Source: Candidatus Vogelbacteria bacterium
GTDB taxonomy: Bacteria; Patescibacteriota; Minisyncoccia; Phycocordibacterales; XYD1-FULL-46-19
Assembly (NCBI GenBank): GCA_050485705.1
Contig: JBJHBV010000002.1
Coordinates: 1-44,396, forward strand
Reading direction: 5' to 3'
DNA length: 44,396 bases
In this document: piece after piece, positions 38,701 through 44,396 of the stretch
Layout of the letters: each line of letters begins with the position of its first letter
Position numbering within the stretch: the first letter of the stretch is position 1
Translations under genes and position numbers: made by a program
The notes under the pieces: model-generated
Told to the model about the DNA's origin: nothing
Seen by the model: the letters and a program-made list of their open reading frames with translations, nothing else
Database searches by the model: none

Positions 38701-38933
38701 CTTTGATTGATCAAGAAGTAGCCAATATTATGAGCGAGGCTCTTAGGCGAGCTAATGAAGTTTTGGTTAAACACCGCAAAGCTTTAGAGGAGATGTCGGC
38801 TGAATTGATGAAAGTGGAAACATTAGAAAGAGAAGATTTTGAAAAGTTACTCATTCTTCATGGTATTAAACCAAAACAAAGACAAGAAAATTCATCTCAA
38901 CCAACCTTAGGGATTGATGAAGAAGAAAAATAA
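35724..38933 (+). CDS. ftsH: ATP-dependent zinc metalloprotease FtsH, interrupted by an intein (exteins 35724-36404 and 37680-38933)
   Basis: GGPGTGK at 36384-36404 joins [11 protein letters not shown] at 37680 to rebuild the Walker A loop. Downstream are DEIDA, the second region of homology, and HEIGHA zinc site. Confidence 0.9.
36405..37679 (+). mobile_element. intein with two-motif LAGLIDADG homing endonuclease domain and an in-frame TAA at 37632-37634
   Basis: Begins CIVGDSLV and ends NGIVSHN, followed by Thr+1. LAGLIDADG motifs are MGLLTGDGN and [10 protein letters not shown]. Confidence 0.85.
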
Positions 38934-39687
38934 TTTTGTTTTAGTGGTTGATAAGCCTATTGGTTTAACCCCCTTGCAAACCTTAGATAGATTAAGGGTG
39001 ATAAGACCGGAATACAAGCAGGCTACTTTAAGCTATGCTGGTCGTTTAGACCCTTTGGCCTCAGGTTTACTTTTAGTTTTGGTGGATGAAGCCAATAAAG
39101 AAAGAGAAAAATATTTATCTTTGGATAAAGTTTATGAATTTGAAATATTGTTCGGTTTTACCACTGATACCGGAGATATTTTAGGTAAAGTTACTAATTT
39201 TTCAAGCCAAGAAGTTCAGATGGAGATTGAGGCAGATTTAAGTATCTCTTTAAAGCAAAAAGTTGGTACATGGATACAAGAGTATCCACAATATTCGTCA
39301 CCTTTGATTGATGGTAAGGAGAAGTTTTCTAAAGAAGTGACCGTTTATCAGGCTCGGATTTTAGACAGGACATCTTATCAAAAATCAGAATTAGAAACTT
39401 TAATTTTTTCTCGTTTGGAAAGTTTTACTGAGTTTAATCCGGGCAATAATTTTCGTCAGCTTGATATTGTGGCTGATTGGAAAAATATTTTTACTACGGC
39501 TGATTTACCCAATAAATACGTCAGTTTCAAAATTAGATTAGAATGCTCTTCTGGGACTTATATTAGAGCTTTATGTAATAATTTAGGTAGGGAGCTTGGC
39601 CAGCCCGCTCTGGCTTTATCTATCAGACGGACGAAAGTAGGCGATTATAACTTGTCTTCTGCTATTGTTATAAATACGAACCTTTGA
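38914..39687 (+). CDS. truB: tRNA pseudouridine(55) synthase TruB-like
   Basis: AGRLDPLASGLLLVLV catalytic Asp motif. Confidence 0.75.
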   Translation: MMKKKNNFVLVVDKPIGLTPLQTLDRLRVIRPEYKQATLSYAGRLDPLASGLLLVLVDEANKEREKYLSLDKVYEFEILFGFTTDTGDILGKVTNFSSQEVQMEIEADLSISLKQKVGTWIQEYPQYSSPLIDGKEKFSKEVTVYQARILDRTSYQKSELETLIFSRLESFTEFNPGNNFRQLDIVADWKNIFTTADLPNKYVSFKIRLECSSGTYIRALCNNLGRELGQPALALSIRRTKVGDYNLSSAIVINTNL

Positions 39688-39723
39688 TATTATTACAATA
39701 TATTATATTTCAAAAGTTCATAA

Positions 39724-40392
39724 ATGGCCAGAAAAGAGGACAAACAAAAAGCCTTAGAGCTTCGTAAAAAAGGATATAGTTATTCTCAAATTAAAGAAAA
39801 GCTTGGTTTGAGTAAAAGTACGCTGTCTGGCTGGCTTTCTGATTATCCTTTATCTGCTAAAAGAATACAGATGTTGCGTGATAAAAACCCTAGAAGGATA
39901 GAAAAATTTCGCAATACTATGAAAAAAAAGAAAGATGAGCGCTTAGAAAAAGTTTATGATAAAGTAGGAAAAGATATCGGGGTTTTCAGTAAAAAAGATA
40001 TTTTTGTAGCTGGCTGGTTTCTTTATTGGGGAGAGGGTTTAAAGACTTCTTCACCCACTTTTGGTTTGTCTAATACTGATCCAAATATGATTAGATTTTT
40101 CTTGAGATGGGTTGAGATTCTTGGAGTGCCGAAAGAAAAAGTGACAATAACTCTGCATTTATATTCAGATATGGATATAAATAAAGAAATTTATTTTTGG
40201 TCAAAAGAATTGTCTTTGCCTAAAAGTTGTTTCCGTAAGCCAGTTATAAAGAAGACCAAACTATCAGGTCTGACTTATAAGAATGGTTTTGGACATGGTA
40301 CTTGTCATGTGCGTATTTACAACCGTGATTGGGCGGAGTATATTCTAAAGGGTTTACAATATATCAGAGAAGTCGAAAGCAAGCGCCTATAG
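39724..40392 (+). CDS. HTH-domain protein with LAGLIDADG-like C-terminal region
   Basis: N-terminal KKGYSYSQIKEKLGLSKSTLSGWL helix-turn-helix. AGWFLYWGEG resembles a single LAGLIDADG motif. Confidence 0.55.
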   Translation: MARKEDKQKALELRKKGYSYSQIKEKLGLSKSTLSGWLSDYPLSAKRIQMLRDKNPRRIEKFRNTMKKKKDERLEKVYDKVGKDIGVFSKKDIFVAGWFLYWGEGLKTSSPTFGLSNTDPNMIRFFLRWVEILGVPKEKVTITLHLYSDMDINKEIYFWSKELSLPKSCFRKPVIKKTKLSGLTYKNGFGHGTCHVRIYNRDWAEYILKGLQYIREVESKRL

Positions 40393-40457
40393 CTCAATTG
40401 GTAGAGCACCCAGCTTATACCTGGGAGGTTTTCCTGGTTCGAGTCCAGGTGGGCGCA
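40383..40457 (+). tRNA. tRNA with anticodon UAU (Ile, reads AUA)
   Basis: Acceptor GCGCCTA/TGGGCGC. D-arm GCTC-AATTGGTA-GAGC. Anticodon arm CCCAG-CTTATAC-CTGGG. T-arm CCTGG-TTCGAGT-CCAGG. Seven-nt variable loop. CCA not encoded. Confidence 0.8.
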
Positions 40458-40462
40458 CTAGA

Positions 40463-42589
40463 TTACTCAAAGTGGATTATTTTCTCTTTTTTATTTAAAG
40501 TTGTTTTTATATCTGGATGCTCGGTTAAATCTGGATCAGTGCTAATGATCTTTTGAGCTTCGTTTCTAGCTACTTCTACCATCTTTATGTTTTTTATAGC
40601 TTCCATTCCTAGGTCAGATATACCCCATTGTTTGGTGCCGGCTAGTACTCCCGGCCCCCTTAAAGACAGATCAAGCTCAGCTAATTCAAAGCCGTTTTTG
40701 GCTCTGGTAAGAGCCTTTAGTCTGTCTACGGTTTTGGTGCTGGTGCTGTCTGTTAGAAGGTAGCAATAGGCTTGATGTTCACTCCTAATGACCCGTCCTC
40801 GTAATTGATGTAACTGAGCCAACCCAAAACGATCCGCCCCCTCAATGACAATGGTGGTAGCATTAGCCACATTTACACCTACTTCTACTACGGAAGTGGC
40901 TACTAAAATATTGATCTTTCCTTGACTAAAGTCTTCCATGACAGATTCTTTTTCTTGAGTTTTTAGTTTGCTGTGGAGAAGACCAATTTCGAATTCAGGA
41001 AAGATTTTTTCTTTTAACCTTTTAGCTTCCGCCTTGGCTGAGCGGACATTAAGAGCGAGGGCTTTATTGGGGTCTGGCTCATCAATGCGAGGGCAAATAA
41101 TATAGACTTGCCGGCCGTTTTTTATTTCTTGTCTTATTTTTTCATACATTTCTTCTCTTTGGTCTTTGGTGATTATTTTGGTCATAATCGGTTTTCGGCC
41201 GGCCGGCATTTCATCTATAAGTGACAGGTCTAAGTCACCATAAATAGTTAGGGCTAGGGTTCTGGGGATAGGGGTAGCCGTCATGGACAGAAGATGGGGG
41301 GCAAAGTTTTCGTTTTGTTTTATAAGTTTTGATCTTTGGTTAATGCCAAAGCGATGTTGTTCGTCAATGATAGCCAATGATAGATTTTTGAATTTTACTG
41401 ATTTTTGGATTAAGGCGTGTGTACCAACCAAGATAGGGATAATGCCTTCGGACACCCACTTGAGGAGTTGGGTTCTAGATATTTTGGTAGCTTCTTCGTT
41501 TTTAATTTTAGAAGGGTATTTAAAACAGCCTGATCCTGTCAGTAGGCCGATGGGGGTGTTTAAATTATCAAAATATTTTATGAAAGACTGGAAGTGTTGT
41601 TTGGCCAGTATTTCCGTGGGAGCCATATAGGCGACAGACCCACCGGCTTTGACGGTGGTATAGACTACAGTAGCGGCTACGGCTGTTTTACCCGATCCGA
41701 CATCACCTTCTAAGAGACGCATCATCGGTTCTTTGTTTTCTATATCTTTAGTTATATCTTTAATGGCTTTTTGTTGAGCTTTGGTTAAGGGAAAACCAAA
41801 TCTTTTAGTAAATTCAGTAATATCTTTTGTTTTGGCTTGAATTGAATGAGCTTTGTTTTGATGATAGAGAGAGCGATTTTGTAGTCTATGTAGTTGGATG
41901 AGAAAAATTTCATTAAAAGAAAATCTTTTACGAGCTGATTCTGTGTCTTTTATTTTTTTTGGTGAATGTATCCAAACAAGAGCAGTTTTTAGTTGGGGCA
42001 GGTTATAGGTTTTTGTTATCTTCTCTGGTAGAGAGTCGGGTATTTGCTCGTGAATTCTTTCCGCTAAAAGTTGAAGAATATGGTAGTAAAACCAGCCGGA
42101 GGATAGGCCTTTGGTTTCGCTATAAACAGGGATAAGAGTTATTTCCTCATCTTTATTAAACAAAGAATTAGCTGACTTGGTAAAATCACCAGAGCCAATG
42201 TCAGGGTTAGCCATATATAATTTGTCGTTTCTGGCGGTAACTTTACCTGACAGTTGTACTGTTTGACCGACTATCAGTTTTTTAGCTAAATAAGGTTGAT
42301 GAAACCAGACCACCTGAAGACGCCCGGTGTTATCTTTTATTATCGCTTCACCGAGTGGTATTTTTTTTCGATAGGCTTTACTGGTTTTACTACTTATCAC
42401 TTGCCCAACTACTGAGGCGTATTGGTTCGGGGTTAAACTGGCTATTTCGGTGCTGACCCCTCTGGCTTCATAGCGATTAGGTAGATAGAGTATTAGATCC
42501 TCCAGGGTTTCTAATTTTAACCTTTCTAGTCCCTTTTTTTGATCTTCGGTTAGACGAAAGCGCTGATTAATCGGAGTGTTTTTATTCAT
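40463..42589 (-). CDS. recG: ATP-dependent DNA helicase RecG
   Basis: GDVGSGKT and DEQHRFG motifs, wedge domain N-terminus, 708 aa. Confidence 0.9.
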   Translation of the reverse strand: MNKNTPINQRFRLTEDQKKGLERLKLETLEDLILYLPNRYEARGVSTEIASLTPNQYASVVGQVISSKTSKAYRKKIPLGEAIIKDNTGRLQVVWFHQPYLAKKLIVGQTVQLSGKVTARNDKLYMANPDIGSGDFTKSANSLFNKDEEITLIPVYSETKGLSSGWFYYHILQLLAERIHEQIPDSLPEKITKTYNLPQLKTALVWIHSPKKIKDTESARKRFSFNEIFLIQLHRLQNRSLYHQNKAHSIQAKTKDITEFTKRFGFPLTKAQQKAIKDITKDIENKEPMMRLLEGDVGSGKTAVAATVVYTTVKAGGSVAYMAPTEILAKQHFQSFIKYFDNLNTPIGLLTGSGCFKYPSKIKNEEATKISRTQLLKWVSEGIIPILVGTHALIQKSVKFKNLSLAIIDEQHRFGINQRSKLIKQNENFAPHLLSMTATPIPRTLALTIYGDLDLSLIDEMPAGRKPIMTKIITKDQREEMYEKIRQEIKNGRQVYIICPRIDEPDPNKALALNVRSAKAEAKRLKEKIFPEFEIGLLHSKLKTQEKESVMEDFSQGKINILVATSVVEVGVNVANATTIVIEGADRFGLAQLHQLRGRVIRSEHQAYCYLLTDSTSTKTVDRLKALTRAKNGFELAELDLSLRGPGVLAGTKQWGISDLGMEAIKNIKMVEVARNEAQKIISTDPDLTEHPDIKTTLNKKEKIIHFE

Positions 42590-42616
42590 TGTCTTATTGT
42601 AACAAAGACAAAGAGT

Positions 42617-42805
42617 TTAAGGATTTTTTCGTCGGAAATTACCTTTGTTGAAGTTTTTAGAATTTAAAGATTGTTTGTACTTAAAGTCTGCCTGGGTCCT
42701 AAAGGAAGCATTACCCGGTCTTTTGCTTTGATTCATTTTGTTACGATTGTTACCTTTCATGAGGTTGATTATAGCAAACCAGAGTAAAAATATGTAGTTT
42801 ATCAT
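42617..42805 (-). CDS. small very basic protein, hypothetical
   Basis: ORF ends 27 nt upstream of recG. N-terminal hydrophobic segment and Lys/Arg/Asn-rich tail. No family recognised. Confidence 0.3.
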   Translation of the reverse strand: MINYIFLLWFAIINLMKGNNRNKMNQSKRPGNASFRTQADFKYKQSLNSKNFNKGNFRRKNP

Positions 42806-42851
42806 TTGGTTTTTGTGCTTCTGTATCCAGCTTTATGGGGTACATATTAAG

Positions 42852-42938
42852 TGCGGAGAGGGAGGGATTCAAACTTTGTACCTCAAGCCTTGTAAGGGTA
42901 TTCTAGCAGATTTTCAGATTGGTTTTCGATGTCTCCGC
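42852..42938 (-). other. tRNA-like element: 7-bp acceptor-like closing stem and tRNA 3'-end-like tail, but no cloverleaf
   Basis: Minus strand: GCGGAGA...GTTTGAATCCCTCCCTCTCCGC-A. D, anticodon and T stems cannot be drawn. Confidence 0.4.
42853..42869. repeat. direct repeat R1 (tRNA 3'-end-like)
   Basis: GCGGAGAGGGAGGGATT matches 43870-43886 at 16 of 17 positions. Confidence 0.8.
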
Positions 42939-43097
42939 ATAGGTCTTACTTTTTCGTCAAATACCAACAAATACCAATTTTTTGGGTATCAAATGCGACA
43001 ATACTACAAATGAGACACAAAACAGGGATATTTGGGAGTGTCTCATTTACGTCTCATAATATCAATATTAGTTGCTTTTTAGTTCTAATATCCAACC

Positions 43098-43703
43098 TTA
43101 AGCTACCACTAGATTGATAAATTGTTCTCGTGTCTCAGGTGTTTTCTCGTAGTGCATTGGTATTACCTTCGCAATCTTTTTGAATTTTTTAGTAAATTCA
43201 AATGCTTCTTGCGGACCAAATGTATAAAATGTTCCAACTGGCAATAGCGCAACATCTACTTCGAGGTTTGAAACATCAATACCAGATTCGTAGAACATAT
43301 CGCCTGCAAAATAGATTGTTTGATCCTCTGCTGTGATCAGGAAGCCAAAATTTTCCTGAAGGGGTGCAGATACATTTGGACCGTGGTCCACATTGAAAAA
43401 TTGCACCGTAATATCTTCGATAGCTACTGTATCGCCAACTTTTACTCGAGTGATATCAGTGGCAAGATTTTCTTCACCAAGGGTTTCAATGCACTCCTGA
43501 TTCAAATAGAGTTTTTTAGGTGAGAGCGCCTTGATCTGTTCAAGGGAGAAGTGGTCGCCGTGGATGTGTGATACGAGCATTGCATCTACAGTAACCCCTC
43601 GAAGCTTTTCAACTGGAGTTTTATTGCCAATATCAAAAGCCAAAAGAAAACCCTTGCTAGTTTCCAAAACAAAGCCTGATTGCTCAAATTTAGTGAGTCT
43701 CAT
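43098..43703 (-). CDS. small MBL-fold metal-dependent hydrolase
   Basis: SHIHGDHF motif, about 200 aa. Confidence 0.8.
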   Translation of the reverse strand: MRLTKFEQSGFVLETSKGFLLAFDIGNKTPVEKLRGVTVDAMLVSHIHGDHFSLEQIKALSPKKLYLNQECIETLGEENLATDITRVKVGDTVAIEDITVQFFNVDHGPNVSAPLQENFGFLITAEDQTIYFAGDMFYESGIDVSNLEVDVALLPVGTFYTFGPQEAFEFTKKFKKIAKVIPMHYEKTPETREQFINLVVA

Positions 43704-43867
43704 AAACTTATTTTAACAAAAAATCAAGCTTAAATAAAGGATTTTCAGAGCGATAGTTACCAACACTTCAGGCTCCCGAGACTTTCTAGACTCCTTGGAC
43801 GATCTGCGTCATTCCTTGTGTATATCAGCTAATAAAAAAGGAATACATATGCAACTACTTAGTTCTC

Positions 43868-43948
43868 TTGGCGGAGAGGGAGAGATTAGGGTCAGCTCAC
43901 CTCAATATTTTAGTTCGCTTCTCTCTTAAAATATTGGGTGGCTCCCTC
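43868..43948 (-). other. tRNA-like element ending in an encoded CCA, with a long central hairpin in place of a cloverleaf
   Basis: Minus strand: GGAGGGA...CAATATTTTA-loop-TAAAATATTG...TAATCTCTCCCTCTCC-G-CCA. Confidence 0.4.
43870..43886. repeat. direct repeat R2
   Basis: GCGGAGAGGGAGAGATT. Confidence 0.8.
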
Positions 43949-44396
43949 CTTACAGGAGCTGTACACCTTTTGGATATTTTCATTACATAAAAATATCTCA
44001 AAAGGTCTTGCAAAGCTCCAAGTATTCGCTTCTCACCCGGGCTCGTCAGTAACAAATTTTTTACAAAAATTTATCTGACTCCGCCTTTCGAATCCCACCC
44101 TCACCATCTTAGCTGTCAATTTTAATACAGCTCCAAGTATTCGCTATATTAAAATAGCCAGTGCGGTGAAATTATATCCTTTGCGCGAACCCATTTTGAA
44201 TAAAACACCTGACGCGCCTCGGGCGCGGAGCGTTAGCGGAGCGCGCCCGAGGCGCGGTCATCCAATTTCCTTTCGGAAGCGGAAGTTACATTTGGCGGAG
44301 AAGTTATGACCGTTGCTCGAACTTTCTTTGACCAATCGCGAAGCGATTGAATCAACCAACAACGCGCGGAGCGCGTGGTGACTTTGTACTTTTGCG
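43949..44396. other. ORF-free, hairpin-dense segment with GC-rich stems (candidate large structured RNA or mobile-element end), truncated by the window edge
   Basis: No ORF of 60 aa or more in any frame from 43717 onward. The 14-bp perfect stem 44213-44226/44241-44254, the GAA and GGA triloop hairpins at 44332-44348 and 44361-44375, the 17-nt direct repeats at 44013 and 44128, and the tRNA 3'-like end at 44086-44105 all lie inside this span. Confidence 0.45.

Noticed and set aside
37686-38933. ORF listed as an independent 415-aa gene starting at TTG 37686
   Set aside because: It is the C-extein of ftsH. It is in the same frame as 35724-37634, and [11 protein letters not shown] at 37680 completes the Walker A loop begun at GPGTGK. 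It is not a separate gene.
40329-40556. 75-aa ORF spanning the tRNA and the recG 3' end
   Set aside because: It reads straight through a well-folded tRNA gene and overlaps recG in antisense.
42852-42938. Genuine tRNA (Ser, Leu, Sec or Phe) on the minus strand
   Set aside because: Only the acceptor helix and a T-loop remnant can be drawn. No D stem, no anticodon stem flanking any 7-nt loop, and no 5' T-stem strand complementary to CCCTC were found. I kept it as a tRNA-like element only.
42813-43117. ORFs 42813-43013 and 42929-43117
   Set aside because: They cover the tRNA-like element and hairpin-rich spacer. They have no Shine-Dalgarno sequence and an implausible composition.
43717-44396. 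RNase P RNA, rRNA, T-box or cobalamin riboswitch
   Set aside because: Fragments look superficially similar: AGAAAGTCTCGGGAGCC, GGTGAGGGTGGGATTCGAAAGG, TTGGGTGGCTCC, GGTGAAATT. Their order and strand do not fit RNase P (P4 5' strand would run into the MBL CDS). No 16S, 23S or 5S start motifs are present. No downstream gene exists for a riboswitch.
1-44396. CRISPR array or alternative genetic code (UGA recoding)
   Set aside because: No regularly spaced repeats were seen anywhere. All conserved genes are full length under the standard code, and TGA is used as a stop (for example the tpiA-pgk ATGA overlap).

Overview
AT-rich bacterial fragment, standard genetic code (TGA and TAA both terminate complete genes). 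Gene content and order look like a Candidate Phyla Radiation / Patescibacteria genome. It contains the str operon (rpsL-rpsG-fusA-tuf) fused to an S10-spc ribosomal cluster (rpsJ to rplO, secY, adk, map). The cluster has no rpmD (L30) and continues into ndk rather than infA-rpmJ-rpsM. Other housekeeping genes: tpiA-pgk, recJ, rnhA, infC-rpmI-rplT, smpB plus tmRNA, ftsH, truB, recG. The core is interrupted in several places. (1) ftsH carries a LAGLIDADG intein in its Walker-A loop, and the intein has an in-frame TAA. (2) The tmRNA 3' end is duplicated around a 191-bp structured insert. (3) tRNA-3'-end-like repeats and acceptor-closed pseudo-tRNA elements bracket a small MBL hydrolase gene. (4) Beyond that lies an ORF-free, hairpin-dense segment with locally GC-rich stems that runs off the window. 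(5) ComEC is split into two genes by a GC-richer rlpA-like cassette. (6) There are two compact promoter-to-terminator RNA units of unknown class. (7) Lineage-specific secreted and pilin genes sit inside the str and spc operons. (8) A tRNA has a UAU (Ile) anticodon. No CRISPR array, rRNA gene or recognisable multi-gene defence system was seen. The most novel material is non-coding, not an obvious protein system.
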